The notes under the pieces were generated by a model, which did no database searches, was not told the origin of the DNA, and was given only the letters and a program-made list of their open reading frames with translations. The translations under genes were made by a program, and so were the position numbers. Shown here piece after piece: positions 38,509 to 48,818 of a DNA stretch of 64,000 nt (position 1 is its first letter; every line of letters starts with the position of its first letter). This stretch comes from a bacterium. GTDB taxonomy: Bacteria > UBA10199 > 2-02-FULL-50-16 > JAJFLM01. Location of the stretch: NCBI GenBank assembly GCA_965216315.1, contig CBDCFN010000016.1, positions 1,376,001 through 1,440,000 on the forward strand. The letters run 5' to 3'.

Positions 38509-39798
38509 CTATCCCTTCTCCACGCGAATCAAGACCGGCCTATCGACCGTTGTATCGAGCGCCTCAATCTTGGCGATGGCTGCTTGCATATTTTTCTCAC
38601 GTGCCTCATGCGTCATCACGACAATCGCCACCTGCTCCCCTTCAGCACGTTCCGGCTGGTAGACCGACGTAATACTGATGTCTTGCTCCCCAAGCACGCC
38701 CGCTATCTTTGCCAACACGCCAGGGCGGTCTAAGACAGAGAACCGTAGGTAATACTCGCCCACCCATTCCTGCATAGGTCGAATATCCGCGGGTCTGAGC
38801 CGTGCCGCGATGTCCAGCAGACTCGACTCATTGAGACGCGCCGCAATGAGCGCCGCATCACTAACCACAGCCGATGCCGTGGGCAAGCTGCCCGCGCCCG
38901 CTCCATAGAACATCGCATCTCCAACGGCATCTCCCCGCAAGTAAATCGCATTCATCGCCCCACTCACCTGAGTGAGGAGATGATCCAAAGGAAGCATGGT
39001 GGGATGCACGCGTGCTTCAATCCCCTTGCCGGTATCACTCGCGATGGCGAGGAGCTTGAGGCGATAACCGAGCCGCTCGGCAAACTCGATATCCATAGAT
39101 GTCACGTAACGGATTCCTTCCGCGTAAATTTGATCAAACGGAACCTGAACGCCGTAACAAAGCGTAATAATGATAGCCAACTTGTGCGCCGCATCGACGC
39201 CGTCAATGTCAAAGGAGGGGTCCGCCTCGGCGTAACCCGCCTCCTGGGCCTGTTGAAGCACGACGTTAAAGTCCAGGCCTTTTTCGCTCATTTCAGACAG
39301 GATGTAATTCGCGGTTCCGTTGATGATTCCCGCAATACCTTCAATGCGGTTGGCAATAAAGCCTTCTTGGATCGCCTTGATAATAGGGATTCCACCGGCC
39401 ACGCTCGCTTCAAAACCGACGTGGCGGTTTTTTTCAGCCGCCTTTTTAAAAATCGGGGCCCCCGCCTCTGCCAAAAGCGCCTTATTCGCCGTAACGATAT
39501 GCTTTCCGTTCTCTAAAGCCTGTAATAGAAGGCCGCCGGCCGGCTCAATCCCACCCATGACTTCGATAACGATATCAATGTCCGGGTTATCAATGACATC
39601 CCGGGGATCTTTCGTATAAACCGATGCGGGCAGCGGCAAACCACGGTCTTTATCAAGCGCACGCACGAGTACCTTGCGCACCTCCATGCGCCGTCCCAGG
39701 CGGTCCCACATGGGAGAATTATCGTCGCCTAAAAGTTTGACCACGCCCTGTCCCACGGTTCCGCAACCTAATAAACCTATACCGATCGCTTCAGACAT
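38509..39798 (-). CDS. hom: Homoserine dehydrogenase with ACT domain
   Basis: GCGTVG, TANKAL, EASVAGGIP, GYAEADP, DRPGVL. Confidence 0.96.
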   Translation of the reverse strand: MSEAIGIGLLGCGTVGQGVVKLLGDDNSPMWDRLGRRMEVRKVLVRALDKDRGLPLPASVYTKDPRDVIDNPDIDIVIEVMGGIEPAGGLLLQALENGKHIVTANKALLAEAGAPIFKKAAEKNRHVGFEASVAGGIPIIKAIQEGFIANRIEGIAGIINGTANYILSEMSEKGLDFNVVLQQAQEAGYAEADPSFDIDGVDAAHKLAIIITLCYGVQVPFDQIYAEGIRYVTSMDIEFAERLGYRLKLLAIASDTGKGIEARVHPTMLPLDHLLTQVSGAMNAIYLRGDAVGDAMFYGAGAGSLPTASAVVSDAALIAARLNESSLLDIAARLRPADIRPMQEWVGEYYLRFSVLDRPGVLAKIAGVLGEQDISITSVYQPERAEGEQVAIVVMTHEAREKNMQAAIAKIEALDTTVDRPVLIRVEKG

Positions 39799-39801
39799 CG
39801 C

Positions 39802-40959
39802 TTATATAACCTTCTTAATTCCTCTGACTGCCTGTCGAATACGGTTTTCATTTTCGACCAAGGCAAATCGAACGTGACCTTCTCCATACTCACCAAAACC
39901 TAAGCCGGGTGATACGGCCACTCCGGCCTCTTTTAACAGTTTCTTCGCAAAAGGCATTGATTTTTTTCGCCCGCCGGGAATCTTGGCCCAGACAAACATC
40001 GTCGCCTTGGGTGGCTCAACGGACCAACCAATCCGCTCTAAAGCCGTACACAACACATCACGCCGTCGCCGGTAGATCTCCGCAATCTCCTTCACACACT
40101 GCTGCGGTCCATCCAATGCGACCGTCGCGGCAATCTGTATCGGCGTGAACATCCCATAGTCCAAATAGCTCTTCAGTTTGCGAAGATTCCCCACCATCTC
40201 CGCATTGCCGCAACAAAAGCCGACGCGCCATCCCGGCATACTATACCCTTTGGAGAGCGAATAAAATTCAACGGCTATTTTCTTGGCTCCAGGGACCTGC
40301 AAGATCGAAGGCGCCTTATACCCGTCAAAGACGAGGTCGGCATACGCCAAATCATGAATAATGAGCAGCTCATTCTCGCGCGCAAAAGCCACGATTTTTT
40401 TCAAGAACTTGAGATCCACGACCTGCGTCGTCGGATTCGACGGAAAGTTGAGAATCAAAAGCTTCGCCTTCGGCCACATGGTCTTGGTAGCACGCTCTAA
40501 CTCGTGCATAAACTCGTCCGGTTCGTTAATGGGTATTGAACGAACATCCGCACCGGCGATAATGACCGAGTAGGTATGAATCGGATAGGCCGGATTGGGG
40601 ACCATCACCACATCGCCGGGCTGAACCATCGACAGGACTAAATGCGAAAGCCCTTCCTTGGCGCCAATCGTTGCAATCGCCTCTTTCTCGGGATCGATCC
40701 TGACGTTGTAGTGGCGTTTGTACCATTTCGAGATCGCCATCCGAAGCTTTGGTATTCCACGCGATACAGAGTAGCGATGATTTCGGGCTTTAGCGGCCGC
40801 TTCCGTCAGCTTAGTGACAATATGCGGGGGCGTCGGCAAATCCGGGTTTCCCATCCCCAGATTGATGATGTCTTCCCCCTGTCGACGGGCCTTGAGCATC
40901 AGGTTGGTCACCTCACCCAGAATGTACGGGGGCAATCTATTAATGCGTGTATTTTTCAT
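39802..40959 (-). CDS. alaC: Class I aminotransferase (AlaC-like)
   Basis: [45 protein letters not shown] overlap with lipA. Confidence 0.85.
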   Translation of the reverse strand: MKNTRINRLPPYILGEVTNLMLKARRQGEDIINLGMGNPDLPTPPHIVTKLTEAAAKARNHRYSVSRGIPKLRMAISKWYKRHYNVRIDPEKEAIATIGAKEGLSHLVLSMVQPGDVVMVPNPAYPIHTYSVIIAGADVRSIPINEPDEFMHELERATKTMWPKAKLLILNFPSNPTTQVVDLKFLKKIVAFARENELLIIHDLAYADLVFDGYKAPSILQVPGAKKIAVEFYSLSKGYSMPGWRVGFCCGNAEMVGNLRKLKSYLDYGMFTPIQIAATVALDGPQQCVKEIAEIYRRRRDVLCTALERIGWSVEPPKATMFVWAKIPGGRKKSMPFAKKLLKEAGVAVSPGLGFGEYGEGHVRFALVENENRIRQAVRGIKKVI

Positions 40960-41855
40960 GGCGAACACATCTCTTCCGCGTGATAAGAACTCCGTACAAA
41001 GGGCCCACTCGCGACCGAGTGAAATCCCAGTTCATACGCCTTCGACTCGTAGACCTTAAACTGCTCCGGCCGGATGAAATCCACGACCGGTAAGTTGCGC
41101 TTAGCCGGACGCAGATACTGACCTATCGTCACAATATCACAGCCGGCCGCGCGCAAATCCTGAAGCGTCGCGAACACTTCGCTTTCGCATTCACCGAGAC
41201 CCAACATTAAGCCCGACTTACTCAACTGTTGGGGGCACTGTTCTTTTATATAAGCCAAAAAGCGGAGTGTATGAGCATAACTCGCCCGATGACGCACCTG
41301 AGGCGAAAGACGCGCGACCGTCTCAATATTGTGATTAAAGACATCCGGTTGCGCCGCTAACACCTGATCAATCGCCTCATAGTTGAGCGAGAAATCCGTC
41401 GTCAATATTTCCACTTTCGTTTTCGGGCACTTAGTCCTTACCTCTCGAATACACTTAACGAAATGGTCCGCCCCGCCATCCTCCAAATCATCGCGCGCGA
41501 CACAGGTAATCACGACGTGCTTAAGCCCCATCAATGCAACCATGTGGGCGAGCTGCCGGGGTTCTTCAACATCGACGGGACCGGGTTGCCCTGCGGTCAC
41601 ATCACAAAAGCCACAGTGCCGCGTACATATTTCGCCTAAGATCATAAAGGTCGCTGTCCCCGCATTCCAGCATTCGCCGAGGTTGGGGCATGAGGCCTCT
41701 TCGCAAACCGTATGCAAACCACGTCCCCGCAGATCCTTCTTGAGGGCATGGATGGGCCCCTGCGGCCCCAGTTTCTTTTTGAGCCATACCGGCAATCTAC
41801 GGTGTTCCCCCCGGATTCCCGCCGCCTTGCCAAGTTGTTTGATAGACGAATCCAT
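40956..41855 (-). CDS. lipA: Lipoyl synthase
   Basis: [26 protein letters not shown]. Confidence 0.97.
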   Translation of the reverse strand: MDSSIKQLGKAAGIRGEHRRLPVWLKKKLGPQGPIHALKKDLRGRGLHTVCEEASCPNLGECWNAGTATFMILGEICTRHCGFCDVTAGQPGPVDVEEPRQLAHMVALMGLKHVVITCVARDDLEDGGADHFVKCIREVRTKCPKTKVEILTTDFSLNYEAIDQVLAAQPDVFNHNIETVARLSPQVRHRASYAHTLRFLAYIKEQCPQQLSKSGLMLGLGECESEVFATLQDLRAAGCDIVTIGQYLRPAKRNLPVVDFIRPEQFKVYESKAYELGFHSVASGPFVRSSYHAEEMCSP

Positions 41856-41994
41856 AACGCGTCAGATGAAAGTAGCCTTTAATATCAAGAAAATCAAATG
41901 GTTACGGTAGTTACTGCGACCGCGTCAATCTATCGGCGGAAGATTTCTTTGTCAAACTTGATATCACCGCGCCGATCCACTAGAAGCCCCGGCA

Positions 41995-42837
41995 ATGAAA
42001 ACGTTTTTACTCCTCATCGCGCTCGGATGGATTTGGCCGGCCCCAAGCCTGGCCATCGGCACCAAGTCACAACCGCAGCGAGGCCTCAGCGCCCATGAAA
42101 CGCCGAAGGTCATGGCGAATATCGGAATCACCGAACATCTCGGCGATTCCATTGACCTCAACCTGCCATTCACCGACGAAAACGGCGCCGCCGTCAAACT
42201 GGGCGATTATTTTGATGGAAAAACCCCTGTCTTGCTGTCCTTTGTCTATTTCACCTGTCCCATGCTGTGCTCACTCATCCTGGACGGCCTCACCCAATCG
42301 TTAAAAGAACTCGAATGGACGGTCGGCAAAGAATTTAAGACCCTCATCGTTAGTTTCGACCCTAATGACACCCCTGAGGACGCCGCCAAGAAAAAAGCGA
42401 AATACCTAAAAAAGTACGGTCGTAACGTCGGCACATCGGGTTTACACTTTCTAACCGGCGACAAAGCGGCTATTGAAAAAATCACCAATCAAATCGGTTT
42501 TCAATACAAGTGGGACGCCGAAAATGAACAGTGGGGCCATGCCGCCGCCTCTTACGTACTCACGCCGACAGGGAAAATTTCCTATTATCACTATGGAATT
42601 AAATATGATCCCGTAACAATGCGTCTCTCTTTAGTTGAGGCCTCCGGCAACAAGATTGGTACGATCGTCGACCGTGTCCTGCTCTTCTGCCTGCGCTACG
42701 ATCCTACTAAAAAAACCTATGCTTTCTATGCTATGAACCTCATGCGGGTAGGCGGCGGCATGATGTTCGTCATATTGGCCGCTTTTCTATTTGCATTCTG
42801 GAGAAAACAAAGTAAGAAAGCGCACCCAAATACTTAA
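41995..42837 (+). CDS. SCO-family copper chaperone
   Basis: Signal peptide; YFTCPMLC, conserved His; C-terminal TM. Confidence 0.9.
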   Translation: MKTFLLLIALGWIWPAPSLAIGTKSQPQRGLSAHETPKVMANIGITEHLGDSIDLNLPFTDENGAAVKLGDYFDGKTPVLLSFVYFTCPMLCSLILDGLTQSLKELEWTVGKEFKTLIVSFDPNDTPEDAAKKKAKYLKKYGRNVGTSGLHFLTGDKAAIEKITNQIGFQYKWDAENEQWGHAAASYVLTPTGKISYYHYGIKYDPVTMRLSLVEASGNKIGTIVDRVLLFCLRYDPTKKTYAFYAMNLMRVGGGMMFVILAAFLFAFWRKQSKKAHPNT

Positions 42838-42849
42838 GGATTTTGAATA

Positions 42850-43824
42850 GTGGCTTTCATTTTTGGTTTCATCTCAGACATCCTCCTCCCGGAAAGTGCC
42901 TCGAGTACCGCACCAGAGGTCGATAAACTCTTTGTTTTCATCACCGTTATCAGCCTCATCGGCTTCGTCGGTCTGATGTGGACAATGATCGTCTTCATTA
43001 AGAAATACATCCGGCGCACCGAATATCAAAAAACTTCGAAATTAGCGCATCATAATACGCTGGAAGCTATCTGGATGATCATTCCGGCCATCATTTTTGT
43101 CGGAATCGCGCTCTGGGGATGGTATATCTACCACAAGCTCGACAATCCCCCCCCAAATGCCAAGATATTCCATGTCATCGGTAAACAATGGTCGTGGGAC
43201 TTCGCTTACTCTTACAAAGACAAGACTATTAAGACGCATAACAATCTCTATGTCCCCGTCGACGAAAATGTGGTCCTCGACATGACTTCAACCGATGTTG
43301 TTCACAGTCTGTTCATTCCCAACTTTCGGGTCAAAAAGGACGTACTCCCGGGTATGCGCACGCAAGTCTGGTTTAAAGCGACCAAACCGGGCAAGTATCC
43401 TATTCTCTGCACGGAGTACTGTGGAACGAAACACTCTAAAATGCTCGCAACAGTACATGTCCTCCGCAAAAGCGAATTCATCTTGTGGGCCAACAAAGAA
43501 TCAGGTGGAGCGGAAGGCATATCCTTTGCCGAGCTTGGCAAGAAACTCTATGCGGCCAAAGGATGCGATTCATGTCATACCGTCGATGGAACCCCTGACA
43601 TTGGGCCTTCCCTCAAGGACCTCTGGGGCATGCCACGAGAGTTTCAAGACGGTAGCAAACTCGAAGCCGTTGATGCGGAGTATATTCGTGAATCCCTGAT
43701 GGAACCTAAGGCTAAACTTGTCGTCGGCTTTAAGCCCAAAATGAATAGTTTCCAAGGACAATTGACAGAAGAAGAAGTCACTCAGCTCATCGAATACATC
43801 CGAAGTCTGGGTAAGGATAAATAA
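42850..43824 (+). CDS. coxB: Cytochrome c oxidase subunit II with cytochrome c domain (caa3-type)
   Basis: DVVHS, CTEYCGTKHSKM CuA site; CDSCH heme motif. Confidence 0.95.
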   Translation: MAFIFGFISDILLPESASSTAPEVDKLFVFITVISLIGFVGLMWTMIVFIKKYIRRTEYQKTSKLAHHNTLEAIWMIIPAIIFVGIALWGWYIYHKLDNPPPNAKIFHVIGKQWSWDFAYSYKDKTIKTHNNLYVPVDENVVLDMTSTDVVHSLFIPNFRVKKDVLPGMRTQVWFKATKPGKYPILCTEYCGTKHSKMLATVHVLRKSEFILWANKESGGAEGISFAELGKKLYAAKGCDSCHTVDGTPDIGPSLKDLWGMPREFQDGSKLEAVDAEYIRESLMEPKAKLVVGFKPKMNSFQGQLTEEEVTQLIEYIRSLGKDK

Positions 43825-43836
43825 GGAACCATAATA

Positions 43837-45426
43837 ATGTCTACCGGCACACCATCAACACTCAACTATCTTGAATGTGAAAAGGGCATCAAGTCCTGGC
43901 TCACGACCCTCGACCACAAAAGAATTGGGCTGCTTTATTTCTTCGCCGTGATGGCCTTTTTTGTGGTTGGCGGGCTCTTCGCCATTCTGTTGCGGCTGGA
44001 GTTGTTGACACCCGAAAGCCTTTTCATTTCCTCGGATACCTATAATACGTTAATGACGCTGCACGGCTCGGTCATGATATTTATGGTCATCATCCCGGGC
44101 ATCCCTGCCATTCTGGGCAATTTCTTTTTACCGATCCATATCGGCGCCAAAGATGTCGCCTTTCCGCGACTCAATCTCTTAAGCTGGTATCTCTTTATGA
44201 TCGGCGCCCTAATGGCGGTTCTTTCCATCTTTTTAGGGGGTGTCGATACAGGATGGACCTTCTACACTCCGTACAGCATCGAGACGGCCACAGCCGTCAC
44301 CGTAATCGTGGCCGGCGCCTTCATCATGGGATTTTCATCGATCCTGACAGGACTCAATTTTCTTGTCACTATTCATAAGCTGCGCGCACCCGGCATGACG
44401 ATGATGAAACTTCCGCTATTTGCATGGACCCTCTATTCAACGGCCATTATTCAGATTCTTGCCACACCGGTCCTTGCGATTACCTTGTTGCTGTTAATAG
44501 CGGAACGGCTTTTTGGCATCGGCTTTTTCGATCCAGCCCTGGGTGGAGATCCGGTCCTCTTTCAGCATTTCTTCTGGTTCTATTCACATCCCGCGGTTTA
44601 CATCATGATACTTCCCGCGATGGGGATTATCAGTGAAGTTATCACGACTTTCTCACAGCGGCCTATATTCGGATACAAGGCCATTGCCTTCTCCAGTGTC
44701 GCCATTGCACTGATTAGCTTTCTCGTCTGGGGCCATCACCTTTTTGTCAGCGGGCAATCGGAAATTGCAGGAGCTATATTTTCAGTACTCACCGTACTCG
44801 TCGGTGTCCCGACCGCAATCAAGCTCTTCAACTGGATTGCGACAATGTACAAGGGTTCCATCAAACTCGATACCCCCATGCTCTATGCCATCTCATTCCT
44901 ATCACTGTTCCTCATCGGGGGCCTGACAGGCCTTTTCCTGGCCGCCATGGCAACGGACGTTCACCTTCATGATACTTATTTTATCGTGGCACACTTTCAT
45001 TACACGATGGTCGGCGGGACGATGATGGGATTTCTGGCCGGATGTTTTTACTGGATTCCCAAGATCACGGGCAAGATGTATGATGAAGCGCTCGGGCGCA
45101 TTTCAGCCGGTCTCAGTTTTGCCGGCTTTAACATCACCTTTATTCCGCAATTTATCATGGGCAGCCTCGGCATGCCGCGGCGCTATCACCTGTATGACCC
45201 CCAATTCAAGCCCTATCATTACACTTCGACTATCGGCTCATGGGTCATGGGGATCGGATTTTTATTGGCCGCCTATGTCCTCTTTAAAGCGTTTTTTCGT
45301 GGCAAAAAGGCACCCGCAAATCCTTGGAAAGGCACGACGTTGGAATGGACGATACCCTCGCCTCCGACACATCACAACTTTGAAGTGACACCGACAATCC
45401 CGGGAAAGGTTTATGACTACCACTAA
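43837..45426 (+). CDS. coxA: Cytochrome c oxidase subunit I (A2 type)
   Basis: [28 protein letters not shown]. Confidence 0.97.
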   Translation: MSTGTPSTLNYLECEKGIKSWLTTLDHKRIGLLYFFAVMAFFVVGGLFAILLRLELLTPESLFISSDTYNTLMTLHGSVMIFMVIIPGIPAILGNFFLPIHIGAKDVAFPRLNLLSWYLFMIGALMAVLSIFLGGVDTGWTFYTPYSIETATAVTVIVAGAFIMGFSSILTGLNFLVTIHKLRAPGMTMMKLPLFAWTLYSTAIIQILATPVLAITLLLLIAERLFGIGFFDPALGGDPVLFQHFFWFYSHPAVYIMILPAMGIISEVITTFSQRPIFGYKAIAFSSVAIALISFLVWGHHLFVSGQSEIAGAIFSVLTVLVGVPTAIKLFNWIATMYKGSIKLDTPMLYAISFLSLFLIGGLTGLFLAAMATDVHLHDTYFIVAHFHYTMVGGTMMGFLAGCFYWIPKITGKMYDEALGRISAGLSFAGFNITFIPQFIMGSLGMPRRYHLYDPQFKPYHYTSTIGSWVMGIGFLLAAYVLFKAFFRGKKAPANPWKGTTLEWTIPSPPTHHNFEVTPTIPGKVYDYH

Positions 45427-46060
45427 GACTGCAGAACAAAGAGAGCTTCCGCATCACTTCGACAGTGCGGAGCAAGAATATGAGTCCGGCAAGATCGGGA
45501 TCTGGCTCTTTCTCATCACCGAGATCCTCATGTTCAGCGGCCTCTTCGTCGGCTATGCCATCTATCGCACGCTCTACCCCGAGGCCTGGAGCGCAGGCAG
45601 CGCCCTCTTAGATGTCCGCCTCGGAGGCCTGAATACCGTCGTCCTGATCTCAAGTTCACTCTCGATGGCACTCGCGGTGAATTTCACGCAGCGCGGCCAA
45701 ATCAAAAAGGCCATCCCGAGCCTGGTAATTACCTTGCTACTGGCCGGCACCTTTATGGTCATTAAATACTTTGAATATGCCCATAAGTTTCATGATGGGT
45801 TATTGCCGGGGCCTTTCTTTACTTACGAAGGCGGCGTCGAGAATCTAAAACTGTTCTTTGGGGCCTATTTCGGCATGACGGGCTTACATGGGATTCACGT
45901 TCTCATCGGAATGGCGTTGATTACGTGGACGCTGATTCGTTTAAAACGAGGACAGTTCGGACCTAATTATTATTTACCGTTGGAAGGGGTCGGCCTATAT
46001 TGGCATATCGTCGATATCTTTTGGATCTACCTTTTTCCCCTGCTTTATTTGATTGGCTAG
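45413..46060 (+). CDS. coxC: Cytochrome c oxidase subunit III
   Basis: [21 protein letters not shown]. Confidence 0.95.
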   Translation: MTTTKTAEQRELPHHFDSAEQEYESGKIGIWLFLITEILMFSGLFVGYAIYRTLYPEAWSAGSALLDVRLGGLNTVVLISSSLSMALAVNFTQRGQIKKAIPSLVITLLLAGTFMVIKYFEYAHKFHDGLLPGPFFTYEGGVENLKLFFGAYFGMTGLHGIHVLIGMALITWTLIRLKRGQFGPNYYLPLEGVGLYWHIVDIFWIYLFPLLYLIG

Positions 46061-46072
46061 TGGAGTGAAACT

Positions 46073-46357
46073 ATGAGTGACAACGCCCATCATATCGTCC
46101 CGATCAAGACCAACCTCTTGGTCTTTGCAACCCTGCTCTGCTTGACCGCCGTTACGGTTTGGGTCGCCCAACTCGACTTCGGGATCATGAATATCGTCGT
46201 CGCGATGCTCGTCGCCAGCGTGAAGGCCGTGCTCGTCTTCCTCTGGTTCATGCACCTCCGTTACGATAGCTGGGCCAACCGCGTGATCCTGTTCACCGGC
46301 GTCTTCTTCGCGATCATCTTTTATGCCCTGACCGCCGTCGATGTCTTCACGCGCTAA
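46073..46357 (+). CDS. coxD: Cytochrome c oxidase subunit IV
   Basis: Three TMs; KAVLVFLWFMHL. Confidence 0.9.
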   Translation: MSDNAHHIVPIKTNLLVFATLLCLTAVTVWVAQLDFGIMNIVVAMLVASVKAVLVFLWFMHLRYDSWANRVILFTGVFFAIIFYALTAVDVFTR

Positions 46358-46529
46358 TAGCATATAAATTCTCCTTTAAATTCAGGCTACTAAGAGGTTT
46401 TCCTAACCTGAACTGCGCGATACGCATTTATTCATCACCTCCAAGAAAGCTAGCAACTTGTTGCCCTCCAAACCGAAGAATCCGGCGGGTCATTCGGTAC
46501 TAACGGTTTATCCTTAAGGGAGGGTCTTC

Positions 46530-48134
46530 ATGCTGCCACTGTCATCCACAGCACTTGCACAACAATCATTACTCGCTAGCGGGGGCATCGCCCAGAACCC
46601 CATCGTTCAGGCGATCTTTGCGCAGAATCGATATTCTTCACAGCAACCAAACAACGGATTACTCGCCCAAATGGAAAATCCGGCCAATGGTTTTGACCCG
46701 TTCAAAACGGAAAGCGGCACCGAAGTTCGCTTTGTGCCTAATCCCAGTCAATTAGGCATCCCTTTCGGCGCGCAACTGGCGGCCAACTGGCATAACAGTT
46801 TGGGCATCGTTTTATTCCGCAATGCAGAAGTCGATCAATTTGGCGCCATTGCCATCCACGGACTGCGCCGCAACAGCTGGAGCGAAATCCCTACCCCCGC
46901 CGGCCGCGACTACGTATGGCAGGCCTTAGGCGGGTGCATGGCCTTCACCGACGAGCACTTCGAAGGAAACGCGGCAGACGATGCCGCAATTCGATACGCC
47001 TTATCGACGGTTCTCGATAAGGCCATGGCAATGACCCCCAAATGGCAGTTTATTGACGATTCACTCCGCAATGCCGGTCATCAAATCACGACCGACCTCG
47101 GCGGAGCCAAATCCGTTCACCTGCACCAGCCCGGTAATGACGCCAAACGGGCATCGATCGCCGTTGTCGGCGAGGTCGCCAGCATTATTGGTGCCTACAT
47201 TGCCGGTGCTGACCAAAACATGGGTGGTGAGTGGAGCAATGAATTAGGTCGCCATGCCCCCATCAACTTCATGGGAGCCACAACAACTCACGAACTTTAT
47301 CGTGGCATGGATAATCCCAGCCCTTGGACCGCCATGGGCACCTATGAAGGACTCAAAGCAGCGCGGGACAAGATCATGGCCGGCCGCAAGGTTCCGATTT
47401 TTTTCCAGGGATATGGTGGCGTCGGTAGTCGCATGGTCGCACTCGCCACAGATGACGGCCACCAAGTCGCCGGCATCAGTGAGGTCTTTCTCGCTCCTTT
47501 ATTAAGGGCCCGTAAAGACGGAGTAACGGCCCCACTCTTTCTCGACGTCTCGGGGATGAACCCCAGCGAACTCACGGATGCCACGGAAGACGCTGAAGGC
47601 TACGACATCACCTTCGTCAACAGCCTCCAAGAAGCGATCTCGAGAGTCCCTAATCATCTAAAACCCCGCATCTTTTCACCGAATGCCGGGGCGCATCCGC
47701 TCACGCGTGATGTCGCCCACTTCATTGTCGAAGATACGGACATTCGGATTATCGTGGGGGCGGCTAACAACATGCTGGGGCTCATCAATGGATCTCCCGA
47801 ACCCATTGCCTGGTATCTACAAAACAATGAGGTCTATCTTTCTAATGATTCAGCCACCAATCGCATGGGGGCGCTCTCCGTCACGGTTAAGAAAATTGGC
47901 CTCGATGAAGCCGGACTCGAAGCTCAAGTCCGTCGCGTTGGCATTGGGCGCCAGAATGAAATCGACGAGGGTTTTCTGCGGGGAGTTCCGCCCCAATTGT
48001 ACGCGGACCGGCAGGCTCAAAAGGCTTGGAATCAACTACTCCATGAAGGACTTGCCGTCGGTGGTTATTTCTACACGCATCCGATTGCACCGCCATCCGA
48101 TGAAGACCTAAAGAAACTGATGGGAATTGCCTAA
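46530..48134 (+). CDS. Divergent Leu/Phe/Val dehydrogenase-like protein with N-terminal extension
   Basis: MTPK, LGGAK, NPSPWTAMG, QGYGGVG, GAANN follow the LeuDH motif order; GGGAGG SD. Confidence 0.75.
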   Translation: MLPLSSTALAQQSLLASGGIAQNPIVQAIFAQNRYSSQQPNNGLLAQMENPANGFDPFKTESGTEVRFVPNPSQLGIPFGAQLAANWHNSLGIVLFRNAEVDQFGAIAIHGLRRNSWSEIPTPAGRDYVWQALGGCMAFTDEHFEGNAADDAAIRYALSTVLDKAMAMTPKWQFIDDSLRNAGHQITTDLGGAKSVHLHQPGNDAKRASIAVVGEVASIIGAYIAGADQNMGGEWSNELGRHAPINFMGATTTHELYRGMDNPSPWTAMGTYEGLKAARDKIMAGRKVPIFFQGYGGVGSRMVALATDDGHQVAGISEVFLAPLLRARKDGVTAPLFLDVSGMNPSELTDATEDAEGYDITFVNSLQEAISRVPNHLKPRIFSPNAGAHPLTRDVAHFIVEDTDIRIIVGAANNMLGLINGSPEPIAWYLQNNEVYLSNDSATNRMGALSVTVKKIGLDEAGLEAQVRRVGIGRQNEIDEGFLRGVPPQLYADRQAQKAWNQLLHEGLAVGGYFYTHPIAPPSDEDLKKLMGIA

Positions 48135-48249
48135 CCGGCACCTAATGGAGCGCGTTGACCCACGTCAACAGATTTAAGTCGGTCCCACTTGACTGAACGC
48201 CCTCACCGCGTTAGCGCCATGGTTTCACTTCATTTATTAGGAGGGAATC

Positions 48250-48759
48250 ATGGAATTCAACGGCGTCACGATTGAAAAATATGCCGACCTTTGTGCCTTA
48301 ATGGCGGACACGGCCGGCGACGAATCCAAAGAAATTGCTATTGCCGAAGCCAACGGCGTCACCGGCAATGATTGGCTCGAAGCCAAAAAGAGTTTCACCG
48401 CCCAAATGAGCGATCCCAACGACATGGGTAAAACCGCCCTGGCCTTCATGCCCCTCTATCAAGCCGCCCAAGACCGACTCCGTGGCGGTGGTGAACCCTG
48501 TAGCCTGGAAACCTATTCCAAGGTCCACGCCGAAATGGCCTTTCGTAAAAACCCGGACAATCCGGAAGAAAAAATCGATTTTATGATCGTGCTCAACGAA
48601 CATGGTTTCGAACATCATAAATGGCTCGAGTGCGAAGGTTATTGGACGCCGCGCGTCTCCGACCCACAGAACGAAAAATTTGATCAAGCACTCGCCACGC
48701 GCTTCTCCGCACAGATCCAGCAAGAGTCAGATCGTATCCTAGGCATTCAACGCGACTAA
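48250..48759 (+). CDS. Hypothetical protein with internal duplication
   Basis: AGGAGG SD; two [T/S][I/L]E.Y......M...G....WLE units. Confidence 0.8.
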   Translation: MEFNGVTIEKYADLCALMADTAGDESKEIAIAEANGVTGNDWLEAKKSFTAQMSDPNDMGKTALAFMPLYQAAQDRLRGGGEPCSLETYSKVHAEMAFRKNPDNPEEKIDFMIVLNEHGFEHHKWLECEGYWTPRVSDPQNEKFDQALATRFSAQIQQESDRILGIQRD

Positions 48760-48818
48760 TCGGGATTTCCGAAGAGATTCTCTTGAGTTATCGCTTAAGA
48801 TGCGCTACCTAGCTCGTC

